Part shown: in pieces, positions 11,611 to 21,838 of the stretch
How positions within the stretch are numbered: position 1 is the stretch's first letter
How the letters are laid out: every line of letters starts with the position of its first letter
Assembly: GCA_963737905.1 (NCBI GenBank)
Contig: CAVTUQ010000037.1
Coordinates: 160,001-224,000 of the forward strand
Length of the DNA: 64,000 nt
Direction of reading: 5' to 3'
Source: an uncultured delta proteobacterium
GTDB lineage: Bacteria; Desulfobacterota; Binatia; UBA9968
Translations under genes and position numbers: made by a program
Notes under the pieces: generated by a model
Seen by the model: only the letters and a program-made list of their open reading frames with translations
What the model was told of the DNA's origin: nothing
Database searches by the model: none

Positions 11611-11678
11611 GGTCTCGGGTTTCAGGTTTCGGGTTTCGGGTTGAGAACGCGAGACTCCAAACTCAAAGGCTCGAAACT
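11611..11678. repeat. heptamer tandem-repeat hairpin (GGTTTCG / CGAAACT type) between glcD and glcF
   Basis: ggtctcgggtttcaggtttcgggtttcggg ... cgagactccaaactcaaaggctcgaaact. Confidence 0.7.
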
Positions 11679-11683
11679 GGGAG

Positions 11684-13013
11684 ATGACTGCCTTGAATCA
11701 CGTCGACCAGAATCAAAACCCAACTGATCGGCCAAAAATCGCGGCGCTGGACCTCCCAGAACTCTATCAATGCGTCCATTGTGGACTGTGTCTGAATCAA
11801 TGCCCGACGTACCGGGCACTGCGGTTGGAGCCAGAATCGCCGCGCGGCAGAATACATCTGGTCCGCGCCGCCGCCGATGGGCGCATCGAGCTCAACCAAC
11901 GCTTCCAGGATCACTTGTATCTCTGCCTGCTCTGCCGTGCCTGCGAGACGGCTTGTCCTTCCGGAGTCCAGTATGGACGCATTGCTGAAACGGTGCGGGA
12001 GATCATCGGCCCGCCGGGATCGAAGCTTACACGCGCCGCTTTAAACTTCTCCTTTACCCAACTACTCCCCTATCCCCGACGCTTGAGACTGGCGGCTGCG
12101 CTCTTGCGATTATACCAGCGCAGCGGATTGCGACGAGCGATCCGCCCATTGTTACCGGAGCGGTTGCGGACAATGGAGTCGATGTTGCCGCCAATCTCAC
12201 AACGTTTCTTTACGCCGGATGCGGGTATTTTACCTGCCATCGGCGCCCGCCGAGCTACAGTCGCCATGCTTAACGGCTGCGTCATGCCGCTGATGTTCAG
12301 CGACGTGAATGAAGCTACCGTGCGCGTGCTGCGACGTAACGGTTGCGACGTTGTCTTTCCCCGAAATCAGATTTGCTGCGGTGCGCTCAACGTTCACAAC
12401 GGTGAAAGCGTGGCGGCGAAACAGATGGCCCGGCGCAACATCGATGCTTTCCTCGACGCCGGCGTTGATACAGTCATCGTCAACGCCGCCGGTTGCGGCG
12501 CGGCCATGAAAGAGTACGACCATCTGCTGCGCGATGATCCGACTCTATGCGGAGAAGGCGAAACGATTCAGTTCTATCGTCAAGGATGCCGCGCAGTTTC
12601 TCGGCGATCTCGGCCTTGTGGGTAAGCTCGCGCCCTTGAAAATGACTGTTACTTATCAAGACCCCTGTCATCTCGCGCATGGCCAGCGTGTGCGCAACCA
12701 ACCGCGGAATTTGTTGAAATCGATTCCCGGACTGCAAGTCAAAGAGATGGATGGCTCGGATCGGTGCTGCGGCAGTGCCGGGATATACAACATTACCCAC
12801 CCCGAAATGTCACAACATCTTCTTAGAGAAAAAATGCAATCCGTGGCCTCAACCGAAGCCGATTCGGTGGTCGCGCCCAATCCCGGCTGCATGCTCCAAC
12901 TCCGCTACGGCTCGCAACGATACGGACCCGAGGTAAAAGTCTATCATCTCATGGATCTCCTCGACCGCGCCTATAGCGAGGCCGAAGCTTCGTCAGCAAA
13001 AAATGAAGTCTAG
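11684..13013 (+). CDS. glcF: glycolate oxidase Fe-S subunit GlcF; frameshift near 12540
   Basis: CVHCGLCLNQCPTY, CLLCRACETACPSGV and two CCG domains split across ORFs 11684-12625 and 12534-13013. Confidence 0.9.
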
Positions 13014-14311
13014 CGGCGATCGACTCGCGCAATTGCTCGAAGGGGAGCTCGGCGCTGGCGCTGTCATCAACGAGCCGTCTTTACTCGCGGCCCACAACAT
13101 CGATGGCAGAGAGCCGGCGGTTCTCTGTTTTCCCGGCAAACCCTGAACAGGTCGCCGTCGCATTACGCCTCTGCTCCGAGGCGAGCGCCACCGTTACTCC
13201 GTGGGGCAGCGGAACAGCCATGAGAATCGGTAATGAGCCTCGGCGAGTCGAGGTCGTCATCGGATTGGAGCGGCTAAACCAGTTAGTGGAACATGATCAA
13301 GCCAATCTGACGGCAACCGTCCAGAGCGGGCGCACGTTGACCGCTTTGCAAGAAGTCCTCGCGCAGCACAATCAATTCTTGCCTTTCGATCCTCCCGCGG
13401 CCGCGCGCGCAACCGCCGGCGGGATCGTGGCAACGAACTTGAACGGACCGAGACGCAGTTATTACGGCAGCGTACGCGACTTGGTCATCGGCATGAAGAT
13501 CGTGCTCGCGACAGGCGAGCAGATCAAGGCCGGCGGCAAGGTGGTAAAAAATGTCGCCGGTTACGATATGTGTAAACTCTTTGTCGGCTCCCTCGGCACG
13601 CTGGGAATTATTACCGAAGTCACTCTGCGAATGGCGCCGATTCCGGATACCGAAGCGACGATCATCGCTTCCGGGACTTTGCCGGAAGTAGGGCAATTTA
13701 CCGAAGAACTATCTCGTTCGAAGCTACTGCCATCGGCGGTTTTTCTTTTGAACGCCCAGGCAAGCAAAGCAACCGATCCTGCGCCGAGCGATTGGCGCGT
13801 TGCCGTATGGTGTGAGGGGTTCGAAGAAACCGTCGCCCGTCATCTCCGCGATGCAACGTCGATGGCTCAAAAGATTGGCCTTGCCACCGTGATTCTACGA
13901 GAAAAGGATCACCGCCGATTTTGGGAAGAGATGCGTGATTTTCCGCTTCAAGTCGATCGAACGGTTTATCGCGTAACGGTGCCGCGTTCATCGGCGGCGG
14001 ACGTCATAGAGACGGTGCATAACCGGTCACAAGCAGAAGTTCGCCCGGAGATAGTCAGCGACGCCGCTATGGGAACAGTCTGGATATCTTTGGGTGTCGA
14101 CGACCTGGCAGCTCAGTGGTTCGCCAAACTGATTGACGAAGCCCGAGCGCATCGGGGTCATGCAATTGTTCTTGCCGCGCCAGCCCATTTGAAACGAGGT
14201 ATCGATGTCTGGGGACCGCCTCCTCCGACGCTTCCATTGATGCGCGAGATCAAGCGCCAGTTCGATCCCAAGGGGTTACTCAACCCGGGTCGGTTTGTAG
14301 GAGGTATTTGA
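13003..14311 (+). CDS. glcE: glycolate oxidase FAD subunit GlcE; frameshift near 13132
   Basis: GGKVVKNVAGYDMCKLFVGSLGTLG, FDPKGLLNPGRF; probable N-terminus MKSSGDRLAQ from ATG 13003 overlaps the glcF stop. Confidence 0.88.
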
Positions 14312-14335
14312 CCTTGAGCGCGTTACCGCAGAGCC

Positions 14336-14839
14336 TTAGAAGAGACGCACAACCCACTCGCTCATAAGATTATCCAAGCCGTAAGCCCCTGATCCCCGGA
14401 CCGTGAAGTAAAGAGCTGCGGCCAAGAAAACAAGATTGTCGCGCAGCCCTACCTCGTGGGCATGAAAGGCTTGTCGATCAAAGCTTCGAAAGTAGTTCTG
14501 TGCTTTATCATCGCCAATGGCGTTTTTGACCACCGGAACCATAGTCGGTAAAACCTTGAGCCAATAGAAGTGCAAGTTGAAGGTCGGAATCAAGAAGATG
14601 ATCAACATAAGCGAACAGATCTGGGTCTGAAAGCCACTCGCCACACCCAGACCGCCGACAACCATCAGCACGGTCGCGATGAAGCCGAAAAAGGGCGCGC
14701 CTTTGGGGAACAGGATACAGGCGGTCTGCACGGGATTCGGCCAACGACGGATGTTGCTAAGGCCGCTGATCAAAAAACGCCAGCCTAAAATGATCCGAAG
14801 AACTGCCTCAGCCATCGATACTAGGTATGTGGGCTCCAA
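14336..14839 (-). CDS. DoxX family membrane protein
   Basis: LRIILG..FL.SG and GSGAYGLD motifs; AGGAGG RBS. Confidence 0.75.
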   Translation of the reverse strand: MEPTYLVSMAEAVLRIILGWRFLISGLSNIRRWPNPVQTACILFPKGAPFFGFIATVLMVVGGLGVASGFQTQICSLMLIIFLIPTFNLHFYWLKVLPTMVPVVKNAIGDDKAQNYFRSFDRQAFHAHEVGLRDNLVFLAAALYFTVRGSGAYGLDNLMSEWVVRLF

Positions 14840-15029
14840 AGTTTTCCTCCTAGCGGTTCGTCAAACAAATGACGGGGAACTATAGTGATTCGGTGGCTTG
14901 CCGTCAATTACCTCCAGAGTTCTCATCCGTAGTCTATTCCTTGCCAAATTTGTCACACAAACGGCTCGAATTCGATTGTTTCTGCCTTAGAAATTATTTA
15001 CAATGCGGCACTTATGAATTCCAAGTTCA

Positions 15030-15045
15030 TGGCATGCGAGTTGCT
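15030..15045 (+). promoter_or_regulatory. sigma54 (-24/-12) promoter of the mltD-like gene
   Basis: TGGCATGCGAGTTGCT, near-consensus GG-N10-GC, about 20 nt before the start. Confidence 0.65.
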
Positions 15046-15065
15046 CGATACGGCTCTCAATTGAG

Positions 15066-16289
15066 GTGACGATGAAGCACGCCCCACGATGGCTCCTCTC
15101 ACTTTTAGTTTTTTGGGTGGCATTCTCGCCAGGGAACACACAGTCCCAAATCAAACCGGGCACTGAAGACCCGTTTCCGCTGCTGCCGGGTCTGGAGAGC
15201 TCTGTTGAGTTCTGGAAAAAAATCTTCACCGAGTATTCCAGATCGCAATTGGTCTATTTCGATCCCCTCGACATGAGCAGGATCTACGAAGTCGTGGACG
15301 TGGGTGAGGACAACCGCACCGATGACTATATCAACGCAGAGCGACAACGGATTGCGGCCGTTAATGGCGTCGATATCGAGCGGATTAAAGCTCAGAGGGG
15401 AATCAAAGAGCGGACGGCTGCCGGTCTGAAACGCTCCGGTCGACACATCGCACAGATGCAGCAGATCTTCAGGGATCGCGGGCTGCCGGTCGAACTGACT
15501 TATCTTCCCGTCGTTGAATCCTCGTATGATATTAACGCTCGATCCAATGTCGGCGCTTTAGGCATGTGGCAATTCATGCACACCACGGGCAGACAATACA
15601 TGCGCGTCGACCGGTCCATTGATGAAAGAAGGGACCCCATCGAATCCACGCGCGCCGCCGCCTTATTTCTCCAGCAAACCTATGACACTTTAGGGACTTG
15701 GCCCCTGGCGATCACCGCATACAACTTCGGACCCGGCGGTATGGCCCGAGCGGTCGCGGCAATCGAATCGGACAACTTGGTAGAACTCATCAGTCAATAC
15801 AATCATCCCTATTGGGGTTTTGCCCCCAAGAACTTTTACGCGGAGTTCTTGGCCGCGGTAGAAATAGGAAAGAATGTCAACCAATACTTTCCTGAGCTAG
15901 AGCTTGACTCACCCGTGGCCATTAAGGAGATCGAGGTAAAAAACAGCGTGTCGGTGGCTGCCCTTGCCAAAAGCACAGGGTTGACGCGAGATCAGCTCTT
16001 GGGATGGAATCCTGCCCTGAGCACGCAGACCCGACTGGTTCCTGCCGGCTACCGAGTGAAGGTGCCAGTCGATTCAAGAATGGAGCCCGTCATCGAAGTC
16101 GCTCAGCGCCAGCCGCAGCCACAGGAACAAAAGCCGCAGGTGGTCCGCCATCAGGTCAAACGCGGCGAAACACTTTTTCAAATTGCCCGGCGTTACGGGG
16201 CGTCTGTGGAGCGAATTCTCAAGGTAAACGGCATGGGAAAAAGCCATCGTCTCCAGGCTGGAACAACGCTGTTGATTCCCAAACTTTAG
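15066..16289 (+). CDS. lytic transglycosylase with C-terminal LysM (MltD-like)
   Basis: LPVVESSY, GALGMWQFM, AYNFGPG SLT motifs; HQVKRGETLFQIARRYG LysM; signal peptide. Confidence 0.9.
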   Translation: MTMKHAPRWLLSLLVFWVAFSPGNTQSQIKPGTEDPFPLLPGLESSVEFWKKIFTEYSRSQLVYFDPLDMSRIYEVVDVGEDNRTDDYINAERQRIAAVNGVDIERIKAQRGIKERTAAGLKRSGRHIAQMQQIFRDRGLPVELTYLPVVESSYDINARSNVGALGMWQFMHTTGRQYMRVDRSIDERRDPIESTRAAALFLQQTYDTLGTWPLAITAYNFGPGGMARAVAAIESDNLVELISQYNHPYWGFAPKNFYAEFLAAVEIGKNVNQYFPELELDSPVAIKEIEVKNSVSVAALAKSTGLTRDQLLGWNPALSTQTRLVPAGYRVKVPVDSRMEPVIEVAQRQPQPQEQKPQVVRHQVKRGETLFQIARRYGASVERILKVNGMGKSHRLQAGTTLLIPKL

Positions 16290-16431
16290 CCGTCTGTTTT
16301 TTTCAAGCTCCCGGCGATAAGCGCCCGTCAACTGCCAATTTCTTGGTCATCTTATCGCTCCCCAACCTCAAGATGCGATAAACAGCCCCATTCCGCGGCC
16401 AGCCCGAGTCTTGTTGTTTCTTGTCACTTGG

Positions 16432-16461
16432 TTGACAAACTTTTTACGTGCGGCTTATAGT
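16432..16461 (+). promoter_or_regulatory. sigma70-type promoter
   Basis: TTGACA-N18-TATAGT upstream of 16481. Confidence 0.55.
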
Positions 16462-16480
16462 CGCGCCGTGGTAATGAAGT

Positions 16481-17467
16481 TTGCAAGAAGTCGACTCGCT
16501 ATTCGCCGTACCTGCGTTCTGGTTTGCCACCGTTGCCCTTTTCTCGTGTCTTTTGCGGCTCACGGTTCCGTCTTTTGCTCAAGAAGGCAGAAAAACGCGC
16601 ATGGCCTATTCCGCTTTCAGCGTATCGTTCTTGAATATCTTCGTCGCCCGTGACGCAGGGCTTTTTAAGAAACACGGTCTCGACGTCGAGCTCATTCAGA
16701 TGGCCGGGCCGTTGCCGATAGCCGCCCTATCCGCAGGCGAAATCGACTACTTAACCGGCTATACGACGGGATTGGTCGCGGCAAGCCAGGGGGCGCCATT
16801 GAAGGGTCTCATCGTCACCATGAGAAAACCGCCCTTCTACATCGTGTCGGAACCTGCCATTCAAAAACCGGAGGACCTTGCCGGCAAGAGGTTCGCGGTA
16901 GATAGGATCGGCAGCCTCCAGCATCTGGTCGCACGGGTATTTCTCAAAACCAAAGGGATGAATCCGGAAAAAGTCATCTTTACTCAAACCGGATCGGTAT
17001 CCAACACGGTCACGAGTCTCGGTCAGGGGGCAGTCTCGGCGGCGCTGCTTTCGGGTCCCCATAATGTCATCATGGTGCAAAAGGGCTTCAGGCAGATCGG
17101 TGGCGCAGATGAACTGCCCGTAAATTTTCCCACCAGCGGCCTCGTGGTTCATGAAGCCAAAATCAGGAGTGATGCCAATCGAATCAAGACCGTTATACGA
17201 GCGATGCTCGATTCCCTGACCTTCAGCCAGCGGGAGAGGGCATGGATGATCAATTACGTCAAAGACAAATGGAAACTGGACACGAAAGTCGCCGAAACCG
17301 TGTATGAACAATGGCTATCGACTCTGGCTCCTGATGGGAAGGTAAATCTCAAAGAACTCCAGGATTATTTCGACTTAGCCTATAGCTTCAAGCAGATTCC
17401 TGCTCCGGTTCATGTGCCTGCGGTGACAGACTACACTCTGCTCGATCAGGTTTTGGCCGGAAAATAG
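16481..17467 (+). CDS. NMT1/SsuA-like ABC substrate-binding protein (orphan)
   Basis: GLFKKHGLDVELI, AALSAGEID, DLAGKRFAV pattern; signal peptide. Confidence 0.85.
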   Translation: MQEVDSLFAVPAFWFATVALFSCLLRLTVPSFAQEGRKTRMAYSAFSVSFLNIFVARDAGLFKKHGLDVELIQMAGPLPIAALSAGEIDYLTGYTTGLVAASQGAPLKGLIVTMRKPPFYIVSEPAIQKPEDLAGKRFAVDRIGSLQHLVARVFLKTKGMNPEKVIFTQTGSVSNTVTSLGQGAVSAALLSGPHNVIMVQKGFRQIGGADELPVNFPTSGLVVHEAKIRSDANRIKTVIRAMLDSLTFSQRERAWMINYVKDKWKLDTKVAETVYEQWLSTLAPDGKVNLKELQDYFDLAYSFKQIPAPVHVPAVTDYTLLDQVLAGK

Positions 17468-17513
17468 CGACCTAGTAAATCATAGCGTGAGCAAACTAAG
17501 TTTTAACCAAAAC

Positions 17514-17568
17514 GTCTCGATCTCTGGTCTGGTGTTAACTCGAGACCCGAAACCCGAGACTCGAAACT
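17514..17568. repeat. heptamer tandem repeat (CGAAACC/CGAGACT type)
   Basis: aactcgagacccgaaacccgagactcgaaact with a degraded left arm. Confidence 0.6.
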
Positions 17569-17590
17569 GTTAAAGCGAAGGAGCTAATTT

Positions 17591-18259
17591 ATGGATGGCA
17601 AAGCAATCGTTCAATCGGTAATTAAGGAAATCGTCCAACCCGGCATACAACGTCTCATGGAGAGCCGCTATTTCTCCGAGTTGCGCGATGGAAAGCTTTC
17701 GACCCGAAGACTGCAAGGATGGGCCATTCAGCATTATTTGCACAATAAGGCGATTCTCAAATCGTTCGCCCTCGGCATGGTTAAGAACGCTCACGACCAG
17801 GAGTTGTTCAATTATTACACCTACCAGTTCAACGAGGAGCAGACCCATCCCGATCTGGCAAAAAAGTTCGGGCTCGCGCTGGGGCTCAAAGAAGAAGATT
17901 TTGCCGACGCAACCCAGATCTTCGAGTGCCAGATCCATTCCGCGCGCACGATTTACAACACGCTAATTGGCGGTGGCCCGCTGAGCCGCGCATCGGCGCT
18001 GACCAGCGAAAGCATGGTTTGCCGCTATTCCGAGGAGTTCAATACCTATCTACGCAAGAATTACGGCCTAAACGACGACGCGCTCACGTTCTTCACGGTG
18101 CACATGGTCGCCGACAAAGAGCACACCGCTCAATCCGCCGAACGAATCGCACTGGCCGTGAAAACGCCGCGCGACGAGCGAGTGGTGCGCGAGAACGCGC
18201 AATACATGGTGCGGATCAAGCTGGGCAAATTTGAAGGAATTTACCAGGCATACGCTTGA
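17591..18259 (+). CDS. heme-oxygenase-like diiron protein (TenA/PqqC/CADD superfamily)
   Basis: FNEEQTH, ES and FFTVHMVADKEH (HxxxDxxH) ligand pattern; predicted helical. Confidence 0.75.
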   Translation: MDGKAIVQSVIKEIVQPGIQRLMESRYFSELRDGKLSTRRLQGWAIQHYLHNKAILKSFALGMVKNAHDQELFNYYTYQFNEEQTHPDLAKKFGLALGLKEEDFADATQIFECQIHSARTIYNTLIGGGPLSRASALTSESMVCRYSEEFNTYLRKNYGLNDDALTFFTVHMVADKEHTAQSAERIALAVKTPRDERVVRENAQYMVRIKLGKFEGIYQAYA

Positions 18260-18286
18260 CCACGCGGGAGATACCTTGGCCGGTTG

Positions 18287-20425
18287 CTATAGTGTCGGGT
18301 CCACGGAAAATCCTGGCGCGTACATCCAATCTGCATACTGCTTAACCATGCGACGGGCGCCAAAACGGGGCATGGTCGTGCGGATCGCTTCCTTCACCAA
18401 CTGAAGCCAACGTCGTGGTACTTTGTTGACATCGCGATCGTAAAAGGCTGGCACAACTTCCTCTTCAAGAAGCTTGTAAAGGGCTTCCGCGTCGGTTGCG
18501 TCTACAGCGGCCGGATCGCTCGCCGCATCATCCCCCTCAATTAACCACCCGTTTGATCCCGTGTGGCCTTCTGCCCACCAGCCGTCTCCGGTGCTCAGAT
18601 GAAGCGCGCCATTGATGGACGCTTTCATCCCGCTGGTTCCGCTCGCTTCGAAAGGCTTGCGCGGAGTATTCAACCAAACGTCACACCCTTGCACTAGGAA
18701 GTGGGCAACGTAGAGGTCGTAGTCCTCCACAAAGGCGATTCGACCCCCGAACGCAGGATCGATAGCACGACTGAAAATATTCTGCAGGTGATGCTTTCCG
18801 GGGTGATCCAGCGGGTGGGCTTTGCCCGCAAAGACGATTTGAACGGGGCGTCTAAACGCTGTCAGGATGCGCGCCAACCGCTCAGGATTATGAAAGATCA
18901 GCTCCGGACGCTTATAGTCGGTAAACCGCCGGGCGAATCCGATGGTGAGCGCCGCTGGATCCAGTAGCGTACCCGCCGCTACCACCCGAGCGGCCGTCAC
19001 CTGCTTTTGCGTCCACAACTGACGGGCGCGCTCTCGAATGAATGCGATGAGATAGCTTCGAAGTGCCTCGCGAACAGCCCACAGCTCTTCGTCCGGGATC
19101 ACCGCGATTCCGTCCCAGAAGCCTGCCTCATCGTGTTCTTCCTTCCAGTTTATCCCAAGATGGCGCTCGAATAGTCTGGCCATATCAGGCGCGATCCAGG
19201 TGGGGACGTGAACGCCATTCGTAACACTTTTCAGCGGACATTCTCTGTCAGCAACACTTGGCCATAGCCGTGCCCACATATCCAAGGTGACCCGTTCGTG
19301 GGTTTGACTGACAGCGTTGGTGGCGCTAGTGCTGCGAATGGCCAAGGCGGTCATGTTGAACATCGGCCCATCGCCGATGTCGTAAGTCCCAAGCCGCAAA
19401 CACTCGTCACGGTATAACCCGTCGTTACCCCAGGTCCCCGAGAGGTAGGATTCGACAAGGTTAATATCGAACGCATCATGTCCGGCAGCTACCGGAGTGT
19501 GCGTTGTAAAGATCGTGGACCGGCGTACTTTCTCAAGCGCCGCATCGAAGCCTTCGCCTCGGTCCACCAGCTCACGCATTCTCTCAAGAGTTACGAAGGC
19601 CGTATGCCCCTCGTTCAGATGCCAGACCCTAGGATGGTAGCCCAGCACGCGCAGCGCCCGGACACCGCCGACACCCAATAGGATCTCTTGCTTGAGTCTT
19701 GTTTCGCGATCGCCGCCGTAAAGTCGCGCTGAAAGCTCGCGATCCGCCGGCTCATTCTCCTTAACGGACGTATCAAGTAAGTAAATCTTTACGCGGCCCA
19801 GGCGGACGCACCATAACGTAACATGCACAGTCCGATCGCCTATTGCAACGGACAAAATACAAGGCTTGCCGTCTTTCGTGAACACTTGCTCAACCGGCGC
19901 GTGTTGCCATTCTAGGTATTCGTATATCTCCTCCTGTTGCCCCTCTGAATTGATTTTCTGGTGAAAGTATCCCTGCGGGTACATGAAACCGACCCCGACG
20001 AGCGGAATCCCCAAATCGCTCGCTTCCTTACAGTGATCTCCGGCTAAGACCCCAAGGCCGCCAGCATAAATGGGTAGCGACTGGTGCAAGGCAAATTCAG
20101 CAGAAAAGTAGGCGATCGGACGATTCGGCAGACCCGGGTAGGTTCGAGCCCACCACGATTCCTTAGAGGTTAAGGCACGCCCAAGCCCCTCGATAGCAGC
20201 ATCATAGAGAGCGACAAACGCCGGATCCCGCGCCGCCTGCTTCAGCTGTTGCCTCGTTATCAAGTGAAGCATGCGGACCGGGTTATGCGAGGTTAGGCGC
20301 CAGAGCGGGTAGTCGAGACGCCGAAATACCTCGCGCGCCTCCTGATGCCAAGTCCATCGGAGGTTAAACGCCAGTTGCCAGAGTCCGCTAATCCTTTCCG
20401 GTAGAGAACGGCGCTCGGTTTCCAT
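18287..20425 (-). CDS. glgP: alpha-glucan phosphorylase
   Basis: YAGGLGVLAGDH, HLNEGH, FARRFTDYKR, FAGKAHP, EASGTSGMKA PLP motif. Confidence 0.95.
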   Translation of the reverse strand: METERRSLPERISGLWQLAFNLRWTWHQEAREVFRRLDYPLWRLTSHNPVRMLHLITRQQLKQAARDPAFVALYDAAIEGLGRALTSKESWWARTYPGLPNRPIAYFSAEFALHQSLPIYAGGLGVLAGDHCKEASDLGIPLVGVGFMYPQGYFHQKINSEGQQEEIYEYLEWQHAPVEQVFTKDGKPCILSVAIGDRTVHVTLWCVRLGRVKIYLLDTSVKENEPADRELSARLYGGDRETRLKQEILLGVGGVRALRVLGYHPRVWHLNEGHTAFVTLERMRELVDRGEGFDAALEKVRRSTIFTTHTPVAAGHDAFDINLVESYLSGTWGNDGLYRDECLRLGTYDIGDGPMFNMTALAIRSTSATNAVSQTHERVTLDMWARLWPSVADRECPLKSVTNGVHVPTWIAPDMARLFERHLGINWKEEHDEAGFWDGIAVIPDEELWAVREALRSYLIAFIRERARQLWTQKQVTAARVVAAGTLLDPAALTIGFARRFTDYKRPELIFHNPERLARILTAFRRPVQIVFAGKAHPLDHPGKHHLQNIFSRAIDPAFGGRIAFVEDYDLYVAHFLVQGCDVWLNTPRKPFEASGTSGMKASINGALHLSTGDGWWAEGHTGSNGWLIEGDDAASDPAAVDATDAEALYKLLEEEVVPAFYDRDVNKVPRRWLQLVKEAIRTTMPRFGARRMVKQYADWMYAPGFSVDPTL

Positions 20426-20479
20426 ATGCCCTATTTTAATCGCTCCACCTTGGGCAAACAAACGCAGATCAAAACCAAC

Positions 20480-20648
20480 CTAGGGGTTTCTCGGCGCCCC
20501 TCGTATAGGCCGCCATATCACGGTGTCATTGAAGGTGGCCGGGCGAGGGAGACGTCGCGGAGCATATTTCTCCGCCAAGTCTTCCCATATCGCCAGACGC
20601 CAGGATCATGTGAGCATCTGCATCATAAACGCGATATCTTCCCAGCAT
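20480..20648 (-). pseudogene. N-terminal remnant of an amidohydrolase_2 gene
   Basis: GGAGG RBS, then MLGRYRVYDADAHMIL and, after a frame change, IWEDLAEKYAPRR; resembles N-termini of the intact paralogs (DADTH..MWE..RRP). Confidence 0.6.
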
Positions 20649-20817
20649 GACGCACCTCCCCTTTCTGACTTTGTGCGCCTGTTAACATCGTCGCTGCTTC
20701 TTTGTCAATCCTGGAACAAGACATCCTAGAAAAAAGAGAGTGACTTATGTTGCTGCCTCCAGTCACGAGAAGGTAATATAAGCCGGATCTGCAAAATAAC
20801 AGTGAAAGGAACACACA

Positions 20818-21723
20818 ATGGCGAATCCTATCATCGGTTTCATCGGTCTCGGTATCATGGGCAAACCCATGGCGCGCAATCTCATGAAGGCGGGTTATCC
20901 GCTTGTCGTGCACAACAGGAGCCGCGCGGCGGTGGATGAGTTGAGCAAAGAAGGCGCACAACCGGCCGCGAGCTCACCGGAGGTTGCCGCCGCAAGCGAG
21001 ATAGTTATCACCATGCTTCCCGACTCGCCGGATGTGGAACTCGTATACGCCGGTGAAAACGGCATTTTCACAGGCGCCAAGGCGGGCATGCTTCTGATCG
21101 ACATGTCGAGCATTTCGCCGGTAGTCGCAAGGAAGCTCGCCGGGGAAGCGGAAAAACGCGGTCTCGACATGATTGACGCGCCGGTGAGCGGCGGCGAAGC
21201 AGGAGCGATAGGCGCGACGATTTCGATTATGATCGGGGGCAAGGCGACGGCGGTCGAGCGAGCCATGCCGATTTTTCAGGCCTTGGGTAAGAACATCGTT
21301 CATGTCGGCGATGCCGGCGCCGGCCAGGTAACCAAGGCCGCAAACCAAATGGTGGTTGGAACAACTATCGCGATCGTCGGCGAAGCATTGGTGCTCGCCG
21401 CCAAAGCCGGAGTCGATCCCGCCAAAGTGAGTCAGGCGCTCCTCGGGGGCTTTGCCCAGTCAAAGATTCTCGAAGCCCACGGCCAGAAAATGCTGGAACG
21501 CAACTTCAAGCCCGGCTTTCGCATCCGCTTGCACGAAAAAGACATGAAGATCGCGCTGGCGACAGGTTCTGAGTACGGCGTGCCGCTGATGGTCACAAGC
21601 CAGGTGGCTCAAATGATGACCGCTATGAAATCAATGGGCAACGGCGATTTGGATCACTCAGGGTTAGTGAAGTTCGTTGAGGAACTGGCGAAGATCGAAT
21701 TAATTCAAAAACCGGCGAGTTGA
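20818..21723 (+). CDS. 2-hydroxy-3-oxopropionate (tartronate semialdehyde) reductase, GarR/GlxR family
   Basis: GFIGLGIMGKPMARNL, DAPVSGGE, KAANQ, FKPGFRI.LH.KD. Confidence 0.88.
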   Translation: MANPIIGFIGLGIMGKPMARNLMKAGYPLVVHNRSRAAVDELSKEGAQPAASSPEVAAASEIVITMLPDSPDVELVYAGENGIFTGAKAGMLLIDMSSISPVVARKLAGEAEKRGLDMIDAPVSGGEAGAIGATISIMIGGKATAVERAMPIFQALGKNIVHVGDAGAGQVTKAANQMVVGTTIAIVGEALVLAAKAGVDPAKVSQALLGGFAQSKILEAHGQKMLERNFKPGFRIRLHEKDMKIALATGSEYGVPLMVTSQVAQMMTAMKSMGNGDLDHSGLVKFVEELAKIELIQKPAS

Positions 21724-21749
21724 TCTCTAGCCACGTGCGACCATTATCC

Positions 21750-21778
21750 TTGACAACCCGATGCGAGTTGACTAGCGT
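21750..21778 (+). promoter_or_regulatory. sigma70-type promoter
   Basis: TTGACA-N17-TAGCGT. Confidence 0.4.
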
Positions 21779-21838
21779 AACGGCAATTCAGCCGATACCA
21801 CAGGTAGGCTATTCATTGTCCAATTCAGGAGGTCATCG

